Notes: generated by a model from the sequence alone, not told the origin. Numbered from the stretch's first letter, positions 41,701 through 55,208 are shown. The stretch is 64,000 nt of DNA from Macrostomum lignano (GCA_002269645.1 NIVC01001135.1:248001-312000); one strand, 5' to 3'. A program made the numbers and translations.

Positions 41701-44700
41701 AGAAAATGCTTCAGTTTGTTAGAATGCAATCAGAACAGATTCCTAGAAAGTGAGCTAGTCCAGCATTAAGGCAGAACATCTGGATGTGTAACGAGAGGCT
41801 CTCGGAGATTCCTGGCTCAGATTATCGTCTAGAAGTGCTGTGGAGTAGCTGGTCCACCTAACCTACAGACACAACTCGAACAGATTTCTCTGTCTGTTTG
41901 AGGCTCTGGCTCTTAGGTGGTCCACATAACCTACAGACACAACTGAAGCAGCTCTCTCAGTCTGTTTGAGGCTTTGGCTCTCAGAAGGTGGTCCACATAA
42001 CCTACAGACACAACTCGAACAGATTTCTCTGTCTGTTTAGGCTCTGGCTCTCAGAGCCGCCGAGAAAGTTTAGTGCAGAAAATGCTTCAGTTTGTTAGAA
42101 TGCAATCAGAACAGATTCTTAGAAAGTGAGCTAGTCCAGCATCAAGGCAGAACATCTGGATGTGTAACGAGAGGCTCTCGGAGATTCCTGGCTCAGATTA
42201 TCGCCTAGAAGTGCTGTGGAGTAGCTGGTCCACCTAACCTACAGACACAACTCGAACAGATTTCTCTGTCTGTTTGAGGCTCTGGCTCTTAGGTGGTCCA
42301 CATAACCTACAGACACAACTGAAGCAGCTCTCTCAGTCTGTTTGAGGCTTTGGCTCTCAGAAGGTGGTCCACATAACCTACAGACACAACTCGAACAGAT
42401 TTCTCTGTCTGTTTAGGGCTCTGGCTCTCAGAGCCGCCGAGAAAGTTTAGTGCAGAAAATGCTTCAGTTTGTTAGAATGCAATCAGAACAGATTCCTAGA
42501 AAGTGAGCTAGTCCAGCATCAAGGCAGAACATCTGGATGTGTAACGAAAGTCTCTTGGAGACTCCTGGCTCAGATTATCGCCTAGAAGTGCTGTGGAGTA
42601 GCTGGTCCACCTAACCTACAGACACAACTCGAACAGATTTCTCTGTCTGTTTGAGGCTCTGGCTCTCAGAGCCGCCGAGAAGGTTTAGTGCAGAAAATGC
42701 TTCAGTTTGTTAGAATGCAATCAGAACAGATTCCTAGAAAGTGAGCTAGTCCAGCATTAAGGCAGAACATCTGGATGTGTAACGAGAGGCTCTCGGAGAT
42801 TCCTGGCTCAGATTATCGTCTAGAAGTGCTGTGGAGTAGCTGGTCCACCTAACCTACAGACACAACTCGAACAGATTTCTCTGTCTGTTTGAGGCTCTGG
42901 CTCTTAGGTGGTCCACATAACCTACAGACACAACTGAAGCAGCTCTCTCAGTCTGTTTGAGGCTTTGGCTCTCAGAAGGTGGTCCACATAACCTACAGAC
43001 ACAACTCGAACAGATTTCTCTGTCTGTTTGAGGCTCTGGCTCTCAGAGCCGCCGAGAAAGTTTAGTGCAGAAAATGCTTCAGTTTGTTAGAATGCAATCA
43101 GTACAGATTCTTAGAAAGTGAGCTAGTCCAGCATCAAGTCAGAACATCTGGATGTGTAACGAGAGGCTCTCGGAGATTCCTGGCTCAGATTATCGCCTAG
43201 AAGTGCTGTGGAGTAGCTGGTCCACCTAACCTACAGACACAACTCGAACAGATTTCTCTGTCTGTTTGAGGCTCTGGCTCTCAGAGCCGCCGAGAAAGTT
43301 TAGTGCCGAGAATGCTTCAGTTTGTTAGAATACAATCAGAACAGATTCCTAGAAAGTGAGCTAGTCCAGCATCAAGGCAGAACATCTGGATGTGTAACGA
43401 GAGGCTTTTGGAGATTCCTGGCTCAGATTATCGTCTAGAAGTGCTGTGGAGTAGCTGGTCCACCTAACCTACAGACACAACTCGAACAGATTTCTCTGTC
43501 TGTTTAGGCTCTGGCTCTCAGAGCCGCCGAGAAAGTTTAGTGCCGAGAATGCTTCAGTTTGTTAGAATGCAATCAGAACAGAATCTTAGAAAGTGAGCTA
43601 GTCCAGCATCAAGGCAGAACATCTGGATGTGTAACGAGAGGCTCTCGGAGATTCCTGGCTCAGATTATCGCCTAGAAGTGCTGTGGAGTAGCTGGTCCAC
43701 CTAACCTACAGACACAACTCGAACAGATTTCTCTGTCTGTTTGAGGCTCTGGCTCTTAGGTGGTCCACATAACCTACAGACACAACTGAAGCAGCTCTCT
43801 CAGTCTGTTTGAGGCTTTGGCTCTCAGAAGGTGGTCCACATAACCTACAGACACAACTCGAACAGATTTCTCTGTCTGTTTAGGGCTCTGGCTCTCAGAG
43901 CCGCCGAGAAAGTTTAGTGCAGAAAATGCTTCAGTTTGTTAGAATGCAATCAGAACAGATTCCTAGAAAGTGAGCTAGTCCAGCATCAAGGCAGAACATC
44001 TGGATGTGTAACGAAAGTCTCTCGGAGATTCCTGGCTCAGATTATCGCCTAGAAGTGCTGTGGAGTAGCTGGTCCACCTAACCTACAGACACAACTCGAA
44101 CAGATTTCTCTGTCTGTTTGAGTCTCTGGCTCTCAGAGCCGCCGAGAAAGTTTAGTGCAGAAAATGCTTCAGTTTGTTAGAATGCAATCAGAACAGATTC
44201 CTAGAAAGTGAGCTAGTCCAGCATCAAGGCAGAACATCTGGATGTGTAACGAGAGGCTTTTGGAGATTCCTGGCTCAGATTATCGCCTAGAAGTGCTGTG
44301 GAGTAGCTGGTCCACCTAACCTACAGACACAACTCGAACAGATTTCTCTGTCTGTTTGAGGCTCTGGCTCTCAGAGCCGCCGAGAAAGTTTAGTGCCGAG
44401 AATGCTTCAGTTTGTTAGAATGCAATCAGAACAGATTCTTAGAAAGTGAGCTAGTCCAGCATCAAGTCAGAACATCTGGATGCGTAACGAGAGGCTCTCG
44501 GAGATTCCTGGCTCAGATTATCGCCTAGAAGTGCTGTGGAGTAGCTGGTCCACCTAACCTACAGACACAACTCGAACAGATTTCTCTGTCTGTTTGAGGC
44601 TCTGGCTCTCAGAGCCGCCGAGAAAGTTTAGTGCCGAGAATGCTTCAGTTTGTTAGAATACAATCAGAACAGATTCCTAGAAAGTGAGCTAGTCCAGCAT

Positions 44701-46280
44701 CAAGGCAGAACATCTGGATGTGTAACGAGAGGCTTTTGGAGATTCCTGGCTCAGATTATCGTCTAGAAGTGCTGTGGAGTAGCTGGTCCACCTAACCTAC
44801 AGACACAACTCGAACAGATTTCTCTGTCTGTTTGAGGCTCTGGCTCTTAGAGCCGCCGAGAAAGTTTAGTGCCGAGAATGCTTCAGTTTGTTAGAATACA
44901 ATCAGAACAGATTCCTAGAAAGTGAGCTAGTCCAGCATTAAGGCAGAACATCTGGATGTGTAACGAGAGGCTCTCGGAGATTCCTGGCTCAGATTATCGC
45001 CTAGAAGTGCTGTGGAGTAGCTGGTCCACCTAACCTACAGACACAACTCGAACAGATTTCTCTGTCTGTTTGAGGCTCTGGCTCTTAGGTGGTCCACATA
45101 ACCTACAGACACAACTGAAGCAGCTCTCTCAGTCTGTTTGAGGCTTTTGCTCTCGGAAGGTGGTCCACCTAACCTACAGACACAACTGGAACAGATTTCT
45201 GTGTCTGTTTGATTGTCAGTTAATTTTATTTTCTACCTTTGTAGGAGCCTGTGGTTGATTTTGTTCGCCTGAGCTCGACGAGACTGACTGCGTTTCACCG
45301 AGATGAAGGTTAAAACGAACTGTAAAAGAAGATTCAAACCACTAATTGACGAGAAATATAGAAAGGTTCATCATAGAGCTGAGCTGACGAAAGCGGATTC
45401 GATGGCTGAGTAAGCTGAAATTCGTGAGAGAGGCAATGACAGATCAATAACAGAAGCGGTCTCGGACCACGGAGGCAGGGAAGGTCCAGGAGAATATTTC
45501 GTAGAAAAAATAAGAAGATTAAGCCATCATCTGCGTGAACGAAAAGATGAAAGTCGGTAAAATGATTGGCTTATCATATGATTGCTCACCAACTCATTCA
45601 GTATAATAGGACTGGTGTAGTCAAATCAATTTAATTTCAGTTTCAGTAACTTTTGTCGTTATTAAAAATGCCCTTCAACTTCTTGTAGGCTCGTACTCGG
45701 ATGACCTTTTTTAACTAATGGAATCTTACGTTTGTTAACATGTATTTGAAGCATACATTTTGACCTAAATTAGTTTTAATGAGTTTACAGTTAGTATTTG
45801 ATATGATTCGGTATTTTTTTTCAAAATGCTTTATTTTCATTCACCTTCTTGTATTCACGCGACGCAACTAACTAATGCGATCGTACATTTGTTTAACCCG
45901 ATTAACCTGATTAGTAATGCTAAATAAATTGGTTTGAATTTGGGATATTTTCATTAAATGACGTCGTAACGCTTTTATCTGTTCTTTTTGAGAATTTCTG
46001 TTTTAATTAGTTCAAAAGAACAGTTTAAAGCAATAAATTTTCTACAACGAAAGAGGTCTAACTAAACCAACTGTTTTTTTGCGGTCCACCTAACCCGGTC
46101 CCCAAAACGTAGTTAGTGAACCACCACAGTTTCCCCGAACTGGCTATTCCGTCAAGTTAACAAAAAGATAACCCTAGCTAGCCTTTCGCGTTGTCAAAAC
46201 AGACTCTATTTTTTAACCGGAATTGCGTGGTCCACATAACGCATTAACATAACTCAGGTCCCGCTAAACACACAGACAGT
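35744..46280. mobile_element. Putative ~10.5-kb non-autonomous TIR/foldback-like element carrying a satellite
   Basis: ACTGTCTGTGTGTTTACGTGGAC (35744-35766) and GTCCCGCTAAACACACAGACAGT (46258-46280) are 20/23 inverted matches. Iterated GGTCCAC-N-TAA motifs are reversed near the left end and forward further in. Both flanks are (TCTG)n. Confidence 0.55.
37463..45210. repeat. 237-238-bp satellite array with interspersed ~66-70-bp truncated units
   Basis: Unit starts GCTGGTCCACCTAACCTACAGACAC (e.g. 37771, 38009, 38246); roughly 30 near-identical monomers. Confidence 0.98.
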
Positions 46281-46288
46281 CGTAAGAG

Positions 46289-46404
<116 letters not shown>

Positions 46405-47284
46405 CTTTGAATTATAAATAGTTAAGCCCCACTCAGGAAAAACTCTACAAAACACCAATTGCAGGCTTTAATTATTCACAGCAATTTATTGCATTGCATT
46501 TGACTGCCACTGCACAACCGCTTTTACTTGTGGTGCTGCAACTGCAGTTCACAGCTGGTGGATTAAAAATAATTAATGATTAGCGCAATAAAATACCTGC
46601 AGCTGCTCCGTAAGAACACTGCAGAGAACACGGGTTGAGACAGAATGCAAGGCAAAACTCATTGTACAAGAGAAGAATAACCTTCACAGCTTGACACAAG
46701 GTGAGTAAAGTCAGTCTGTTCGGGTACATGGCCGCCGCTATGTGTTGCATCGGATACCAACGCACAGTGAGGAGGGAAGCACCTTAGTCAGCAGGTAGGA
46801 GAATGAGAGGTAAGGTGAGCACTGGCAGAGGAACGCGCGTGAAGGATTTCGGGATGCATTAGCGAGACAGGCATCTTTCAATTGCTAGAAGTACATCGCC
46901 TACTTTCTCTCTGTTTATAAAAATGCTCGCAGGTCAGAAGGGCCGTGATTTGCTTGAACAGCGCTTTTAACCTGTCTGTCTCGGATACTTTTTAGGCTTG
47001 TGAAACCTTCGGGGCGGAGCAGCTGAGCGGTAAACCCGTCTGGCTCTGGCGCCAAGACGCCCCCTGGTTCGATTCCAGCTCTTTTTATTTTTCGCCTTTT
47101 TTCAAAAATGAATGTTGGAAAGTCTGAAAGTCAAGAAAATGAGCAAACTGGCAACTCAAGACTGAAGGTACAGAATTTCCTGTCTCGCCAATGCGTCTTG
47201 GATTCCTAGAAGCCTCTCGCGACTTGCGGGGGGGGGGAGCGCACAGGGCCAACTGGAGCATCCCATGTTGGCGGAGCATCGACC

Positions 47285-48874
47285 TCAGTGCCTGCCCCGC
47301 CCAGTCTTGTGCGTGTAGAACTTGTTGAAGTTCTCCGTGATGATCGGCACGGGGATCGCCAGGGTCAGCACGCCCGCCACGGCGCACACGGAGCCGACGA
47401 TCTTGCCCAGCGGGCCCTTCGGCACCTTGTCGCCGTAGCCCACGGTGCACATGGTGATGACCGCCCACCAGAACGCGTCCGGGATGCTCTCGATCTGCGA
47501 GCCGCGCACCTCGGCCTCCACATAGTAGATGGTGGATGAGAACAGCAGGATGCAGACGATCAGCGCCACCAGGAAGAGTCCGAGACCTTCGATGCTGGCC
47601 CGGAAGGTGAGCACCAGCACCTGCAGGTCGGCCGAGTGCTTGGTGAGCTTGAACACCCGGATGAGGCGGACAACTCGCAGGAAGGCCAGCGAGGCGCTCG
47701 ACCGGGCGCCCTCGCAGCTCATCGTGACCAGCACATTAGTGAGGGTGACATAGTACGGCACAATGGCCGACAGGTCCACCGCATTCTTGATGTCCTTCAT
47801 GAACGCCTTCTTGCACGGGCAGACGAGGAAGCGGACCACCAGCTCGATGGTGAACCAGGCCGTGCAGGCCGACTCGGCCACGAAGAACGGGTCGAAGAAG
47901 TTCGGCAGGCCGGACGGCACGCAGTGCGTTCCTTTGAATTCGTGGAGCGTCTCGGCGCAGAACAGAATGATTGACAGGATGGTGAAGACCACCGACACGA
48001 TGGCGATGAGGAAGGCGGGCGCGCTGGTCTCCGGGTACTCGAACAGCATCCAGACGGCTCGCTTGAACGGGTGCTCGGGCAGCACGACAGTCTCAGAGAT
48101 GTAGCCTTCGTCCTTCTTGTAGGCGTCGATGACCTCGCGCTCGATCTCGTAGAACTCCAGCTCGGACAGGAAGATGTCGTCCGTGACGGTGGGCGGCCGC
48201 TTCAGCTTGCCGCCGTACTGGTAGTAGTTGAATACGGCCTCAAAGGTGGGCCGGTGCCTGTCAAAGAAGTACTCGTGGCTGCGCCTGTCGAAGTAGCGCG
48301 CCCGCTTCTGCGGGTTGCCCAGCAGGGTGCGCGGGTGCTGGTTGAGGACGCCCAGCCGGGTCTCGAAGTGCATGCCGGACACGTTCAGGCGGACCCGCTC
48401 GCAGCCCAGCAGGTGGCAGTCGTGGAAGGCGGATGCCGCCGCTGATGCCGCTGACACGGCTGGAAGGTGCCGGGCGGAGGGAATCGGCGGGGACCGGAAG
48501 CCACTGCTGCCGCTGCGATGCTGTCGGTTGTCGTTGTCGTCTTCGCCCTCTGAAACGGTGACAACCGATGCAGCTTCCTCTTCCTCATCGTTGTCCTCGT
48601 TCTCTGCCGCTGTCGCCTGCTGCCTCTGCCTGTAGAGGCGCAGATGCGATGTCTGCGACTCGAACCGCACCAGCTTGGTGCGCCTCGAGGAGCCGCCGCC
48701 GTCCCCGCCGACGCCAAATTTGTTTTTCTGCTGATTCTTCTTCCTCTGGTGCCGCTTCTGCTGGTGCTGCTGTCGGCTGTCTGACTGCCCGCCAGACATG
48801 CTGAGGTCCTCGCGGGAGTGGCTCATTGTGCCCAGGCCGCCGCTGGGGCTCATGTAGGAGGGCACGTACAGCAT
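47285..48874 (-). CDS. KCNA: Voltage-gated K+ channel, Shaker/Kv1 family, intronless, 529 aa
   Basis: T1 domain (RVRLNVSGMHFETRL...EYFFDRHRPTFEAVFNYYQYGGKLKRP), S1-S6, S4 FLRVVRLIRVFKLTKHS, pore AFWWAVITMCTVGYGD, S6 gate AGVLTLAIPVP. Good ATG context (GCCATGC). Confidence 0.97.
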   Translation of the reverse strand: MLYVPSYMSPSGGLGTMSHSREDLSMSGGQSDSRQQHQQKRHQRKKNQQKNKFGVGGDGGGSSRRTKLVRFESQTSHLRLYRQRQQATAAENEDNDEEEEAASVVTVSEGEDDNDNRQHRSGSSGFRSPPIPSARHLPAVSAASAAASAFHDCHLLGCERVRLNVSGMHFETRLGVLNQHPRTLLGNPQKRARYFDRRSHEYFFDRHRPTFEAVFNYYQYGGKLKRPPTVTDDIFLSELEFYEIEREVIDAYKKDEGYISETVVLPEHPFKRAVWMLFEYPETSAPAFLIAIVSVVFTILSIILFCAETLHEFKGTHCVPSGLPNFFDPFFVAESACTAWFTIELVVRFLVCPCKKAFMKDIKNAVDLSAIVPYYVTLTNVLVTMSCEGARSSASLAFLRVVRLIRVFKLTKHSADLQVLVLTFRASIEGLGLFLVALIVCILLFSSTIYYVEAEVRGSQIESIPDAFWWAVITMCTVGYGDKVPKGPLGKIVGSVCAVAGVLTLAIPVPIITENFNKFYTHKTGRGRH

Positions 48875-49134
48875 GGCGATGGTGACTGGCGGCTACTGGC
48901 TCAGCTGGGCGGGCTGCTATTGGCTGTCGGTCGCTGCTGCCCGTCAGCCGCTTGTCGCTCTGGCAGCTGCAGTTGAGTGCGGGAACGGGGCTTGAGTCTT
49001 CGAAAAAGGGACATACTTGAGCAGTTTGTGCGTGTCGGCAGGGTTAGAAGCTAATCTTTCAGGTCCTCAGAAGCTAATCATATGAGTTGGACGCTAAGAA
49101 CTTACGTTGGAAGCTTAATAAATATACTTTACAG

Positions 49135-50110
49135 GAGCAAATGACACTGATCGGGAGCTAATGACACTGATCGAGTACTAATGACACTGATCGAGTACTA
49201 ATGACACTGATCGGGAGCTAATGACACTGATCGAGTACTAATGACACTGATCGGGAGCTAATGACACTGATCGGGAGCTAATGACACTGATCGGGAGCTA
49301 ATGACACTGATCGGGAGCTAATGACACTGATCGGGAGCTAATGACACTAATCGGAAGCTAATGACACTGATCGGGAGCTAATGACACTGATCGAGTACTA
49401 ATGACACTGATCGGGAGCTAATGACACTGATCGAGTACTAATGACACTGATCGGGAGCTAATGACACTGATCGGGAGCTAATGACACTGATCGGGAGCTA
49501 ATGACACTGATCGGGAGCTAATGACACTAATCGGAAGCTAATGACACTGATCGGGAGCTAATGACACTGATCGGGAGCTAATGACACTAATTGGGAGCTA
49601 ATGACACTGATCGGGAGCTAATGACACTGATCGGGAGCTAATGACACTATTCGGGAGCTAATGACACTGATCGGGAGCTAAGACACTGGTCAGGAGCTAA
49701 TGACACTGATCGGGAGCTAATGACACTGATCGGGAGCTAATGACACTATTCGGGAGCTAATGACACTGATCGGGAGCTAAGACACTGGTCAGGAGCTAAT
49801 GACACTGATCGGGAGCTAATGACACTGATCGGGAGCTAATGACACTATTCGGGAGCTAATGACACTGATCGGGAGCTAATGACACTGATCGGGAGCTAAT
49901 GACACTGATCGGGAGCTAATGACACTGATCGGGAGCTAATGACACTGATCGGGAGCTAATGACACTGATCGGGAGCTAATGACACTGATCGGGAGCTAAT
50001 GACACTATTCGGGAGCTAATGACACTGATCGGGAGCTAGTGACACTATTCGGGAGCTAATGACACTGATCGGGAGCTAATGACACTGGTCGGGAGCTAGT
50101 GACACTGGTT
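49135..50110. repeat. 20-bp minisatellite (ATGACACTGATCGGGAGCTA)
   Basis: ~48 copies, starting ~260 bp upstream of the Kv1 ATG. Confidence 0.97.
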
Positions 50111-50799
50111 AGAAGCAAACGACCCACATTGAAAGCTTTTTAAGTTCGGAAGCTAATCCAGATCTCTAGAAGCATAGATCCAATAATCCGCAGGCCCGTC
50201 GAGCAGACATCAAAGAAACTGAAAAGCGATTTCGCACAGTCTGTCTCCAGCTGCCTCACGATAGAAATTAGGAAATTCATTTCTCGCCGCCCATCCGCCG
50301 TGGAAGTCTCTCAGCCACCCCCCTCGGGAATGCGGAGCGCAGCAACTTCCCAGGTCGAGTTTCCAGGCCGCCCCGCCCAGACCGATCGCGATAACTGAGT
50401 TACCGAATTGAGTTGCGAATTGCCGCGACCCCCAGGGCCTGGCTGATGGACGCGGGCGGTGCTCTATTAAATGCCTCTCGACTTACACGAGTCCCACGGC
50501 TTCAAGAAGAGTTGCTTCTTTAATTGAAAAATGCATTTTGCTTCAACGAAAAATGTATCCTAATAATTTTCAACAAGTGCGCCGCGTCGGCCCACTAGGC
50601 TGATGGCGATGACAGAGCTACTTATTATCGGCGACGATTGATTTCTGATTTTACTACTTTTAGTAGCAATGCAATTTTTTGTTTTGTCATTTCTGCTGGA
50701 AGCTGCATGTTAAAACTTTAGAATAGAAATTAGACCAGAAAGAGCATTTCAGAAGATAGCTAAAAGTTATTCTTAGAAAGTAGCTTAGAATTAGCATAG

Positions 50800-51180
50800 A
50801 AAGTAGCTCAGAAAGTACGCTCGTAGCTGGTAGCTCATGCAATAGCTCAAAAAGTAGCTCAGAAAGTAGCTCAGAAAGTAGCTCAGAAAGTAGCTCAGAA
50901 AGTAGCTCAGAAAGTAGCTCAGAAAGTAGCTCAGAAAGTAGCTCAGAAAGTAGCTCAGAAAGTAGCTCAGAAAGTAGCTCAGAAAGTAGCTCAGAAAGTA
51001 GCTCAGAAAGTAGCTCAGAAAGTAGCTCAGAAAGTAGCTCAGAAAGTAGCTCAGAAAGTAGCTCAGAAAGTAGCTCAGAAAGTAGCACGTAGCCCAGGCA
51101 GTAGCTCAGAAAGTAGCACGTAGCCCAGGCAGTAGCTCAGAAAGTAGCTCAGAAAGTAGCTCAGAAAGTAGTCCTGAAAG
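50800..51180. repeat. 12-bp minisatellite (AGAAAGTAGCTC)
   Basis: Direct inspection. Confidence 0.95.
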
Positions 51181-52577
51181 TAGTTTATAACAGCATCTAA
51201 GGCAGTCACTCTGCTTAGTGCTCACTGCACAGCAATATTCGGTGCACAAATCAAAGTTTTCCTATTATTAAATTCCATAAAATGCCATAATCCGAATCAC
51301 TACTATAAGTACAGCTAGCGATTGCAGCAGTTAAAACTATCTACTACCCAGGTGCAATGCCCTCCCAATTCTTGCCGCAGTTCTCCCTCAGATTGTGTCC
51401 CGATCGAGTCCCCAGACCAACTGCGGCTGGGGAGGGGACGGCACGGGCGCTCGAACGTGTCCAACTGAATGAGAACAGAGGCATAATGGGACAGCATCGG
51501 CTCTGAGCATTTTGCTTAGGGATTTCTTATCTAATCTAGTTGGCGGGATCTTGCTCATCAGCGGCTCCTCAGCGTCGGTGGCTCCCGACCTTGCCGGCGG
51601 GATGAGAGGATGAGGAATCCGAAAGGAGACGACGGGGCGGGGATGAGATGGAGTTTTTGAGTAGAGCCCCCGGTGCAGATTTTTCCCAGAGCCGCAAGCT
51701 GGCCGAACGAGCCGTGCCGACTCTGGCGCTTGGCTAAGCATTAATTATTTGATGATGAGGCATGCGGAGCCTGGAAGATTAGCCACACGCTTTTAGGTGA
51801 GAAAATTTGCAGCCTAGTGAAACTCTGAGTTTATGCTCTCTAATACCTAAGAGAGAGAAGAGAGATAAGAGATGAGAGGCGAGAGAGATGAGAGAAGAGA
51901 GATGAGAGACGAAAAATAAAAGACCAGAGGGATGAGAGACGAGAGAGAAGAGAGGTGAGAGAGATGAGAGAAGAGAGATGAGAGGCGAGAGGCGAGAGAA
52001 GAGTAGAGATGGATGTTGGTCCTTAGCTCAGCAGGGGCTGGGAGAGAACTGACAGCTAATAAGGTAGTCTTAAGAAACAGAGAATGCAGAGGGCCAGTGA
52101 GAATAAGGGAAGAAAATCCCAAAGAGCCACAGCCGAGGGAGGCCGGCAGCTGGTACGAGTGTAGCCGCTCTCCACTTTCGCGCGGCTGTCAGAATTTGGC
52201 GTTCAGTGGCGCGGAGCGGTTCGGGCCGGCACTCTCACCTTTTGCGCCAGACGATTCACCGCGGGCTGTCCGCGCACCTCCGACCCACAGCAGCAATTCA
52301 GGTGTTCCTTATTTTATGCGGCAAAGTTTGACACCACCGCAATTGGGGAGTGCGTGCGGGGCTCGGCGTGGGGGCGAAGATTCGATTCAGAGGTGGGTTG
52401 TGCGCACTTTTATTGCTGCAGCGGAATCTGCCCATTGTCTGTACTAATCTGGTCTGCCATAACACAGCCTTTATGGAGTTTGCCTTGGTGTAGCTGCGTG
52501 ACCTGTATAGTGTCCTACAGTCTCTTACAATGTGGCTAAAATTATCACGCAGTTAGTGATTTGCCTCAGACGGGGTT

Positions 52578-53370
52578 CATACAGCGCCTCAGTGTGATCT
52601 ATACAGTGTGTCAGTGTGATCTATACAGTGCCTGAGTGTGATCTATACAGTGCCTCAGTGTGATCTATACAGTGCCTCAGTGTGATCTATACAGCGCCTC
52701 AGTGTGATCTATACAGTGTGTCAGTGTGATCTATACAGTGTCTCAGTGTGATCTATACAGTGCCTCAGTGTGATCTATACAGTGTCTCAGTGTGATCTAT
52801 ACAGCGCCTCAGTGTGATCTATACAGTGTGTCAGTGTGATCTATACAGTGTCTCAGTGTGATCTATACAGTGCCTCAGTGTGATCTATACAGCGCCTCAG
52901 TGTGATCTATACAGTGCCTGAGTGTGATCTATACAGTGCCTCAGTGTGATCTATACAGTGTGTCAGTGTGATCTATACAGCGCCTCAGTGTGATCTATAC
53001 AGTGTGTCAGTGTGATCTATACAGTGTCTCAGTGTGATCTATACAGTGCCTCAGTGTCATCTATACAGTGCCTCAGTGTGATCTATACAGTGTCTCAGTG
53101 TCATCTATACAGTGCCTCAGTGTGATCTATACAGTGCCTCAGTGTGATCTATACATTGCCTCAATGTGTGATCTATACAGTGCCTCAGTGTGGTCTATAC
53201 ATTGCCTCAATGTGTGATCTATACAGTGCCTCAGTGTGGTCTATACATTGCCTCAATGTGTGATCTATACAGTGCCTCAGTGTGGTCTATACATTGCCTC
53301 AATGTGTGATCTATACAGTGCCTCAGTGTGATCTATACATTGCCTCAATGTGTGATCTATACAGTGTCTC
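52578..53370. repeat. 22-bp minisatellite (CAGTGTGATCTATACAGTGCCT)
   Basis: ~35 copies, with a variant block at the 3' end. Confidence 0.96.
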
Positions 53371-53719
53371 AATGCACCCCTTTATCCCCCTTAAAAACGG
53401 AGCCAACCATAGTAATGCTTTCTATTTAAAAAGTTCATTTCGAAAGGAACCCCTATTAGTCGAACTACGCGCGTGACCCTGAACAGAAATTTTCTAATTT
53501 GGCAAAGTTTCTTTTATCCCTTATTAGCTATTCTTCTGAGTAGCTACAGGTTAGCAAGCTCAAAGTGACAGGCCATTATTATAATGATTTGCACTAGTAT
53601 CATTTTCAGTTTTTCACTCGCATGAGAAACTTAATTAATGCGAATGTCTTTGCTAAAATATTCTTCAAAATCCACTTTGAAAAAGATTTAATATCGTACA
53701 AATTGTAGTGAGCTAATTA

Positions 53720-54440
53720 GCAGGATCCTTTGTGATCCTGTGTGATACTGTGTGATCCTTTGTGATACTTTGTGATCTTGTGTGATCCTGTGTGATCCTG
53801 TGTGATCCTGTGTGATCCTGTATGATCCTGTGTGATCTTGTGTGATCCTGTGTGATCCTGTGTGATCCTGTGTGATCCTGTGTGATCCTTTGTGATCCTG
53901 CGTGATCTTGTGTGATCCTGTATGATCCTGTGTGATCCTGTGTGATCATGTGTGATCCTGTATGATCCTGTGTGATCCTGTGTGATCCTGTGTGATCCTG
54001 TGTGATCCTGTGTGATCCTGTGTGATCCCGTATGATCCTGTATGATCCTGTGTGATCCTGTATGATCCTGTGTGATCCTGTGTGATCCTGTATGATCCTG
54101 TATGATCCTGTGTGATCCTGTGTGATCCTGTATGATCCTGTGTGATCCTATGTGATCCTATGTGATCATGTGTGATCCTGTATGATCCTGTGTGATCCTA
54201 TGTGATCCTGTATGATCCTGTGTGATCCTATGTGATCCTGTGTGATCCTGTATGATCCTGTATGATCCTGTATGATCCTATGTGATCCTGTATGATCCTG
54301 TATGATCCTGTGTGATCCTATGTGATCATGTGTGATCCTGTATGATCCTGTGTGATCCTGTGTGATCCTGTATGATCCTGTGTGATCCTGTGTGATCCTG
54401 TGTGATCCTGTGTGATCCTGCGTGATCCTGTGTGATCGTG
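53720..54440. repeat. 10-bp minisatellite (GTGATCCTGT and variants)
   Basis: ~72 copies. Confidence 0.96.
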
Positions 54441-54974
54441 TAAAGAAGATGAATTCAGACACGAAGTTATTTTTCTCCACTTAAATCGCTCGCTTTTAAC
54501 AAAGAAAGCATTTTTAGAAACTACAAATACCTTTGCATTACTATAGCATGCCTGTGCTACAGTCAATATTTATCTTAAAGTGCAAAGCGCTCTACAGCAA
54601 CAATATTGGAGCTCGCGGCTACAATATCGGTTTTTATCCTTGCTGCACTTGCTAATTTGCTTCTGGTTAGACAGGGATCCCAGGATCAGGATTTTTACAA
54701 TGGTTTGGCTGCACAGGTAGTTAATAAAAAATTAAACAGGCGTGGACGTGGCTGTTTCAACATCTCAAATATAGTCAATCGTAAAAACGGAGACAGGGAG
54801 ACCGAGAGCTGGCTGATGCAGCAGCAATCAGCTGATTTTGTGGCTTGAGTTCAATGAATTCAGTGCATCGATCAGTCAGACTCCCCACCAGTTTTGTGTC
54901 AAGTACAGCTTAGGAATCAATCAATAAACCAATATTTCTAACCGTTTCAAAACCAATCAAAATATCAAACAAAC

Positions 54975-55117
54975 AATCAATCAATCAATCAATCAGTCAA
55001 TCTATCAACCAATCAACCAATCAACCAACCAATCAACCAATCAACCAACCAATCAATCAATCAATCAGTCAATCAATCAACCAATCAACCAACCAATCAA
55101 CCAATCAACCAACCAAT

Positions 55118-55172
<55 letters not shown>

Positions 55173-55208
55173 CCAACCAATCAATCAATCAACCAATCAA
55201 TCAATCAA

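Noticed and set aside
37463-45210. CRISPR-like regular array with hairpin-containing repeated heads
   Set aside because: Inter-head sequence is itself repeated (no unique spacers), there are no cas genes, and the context is eukaryotic.
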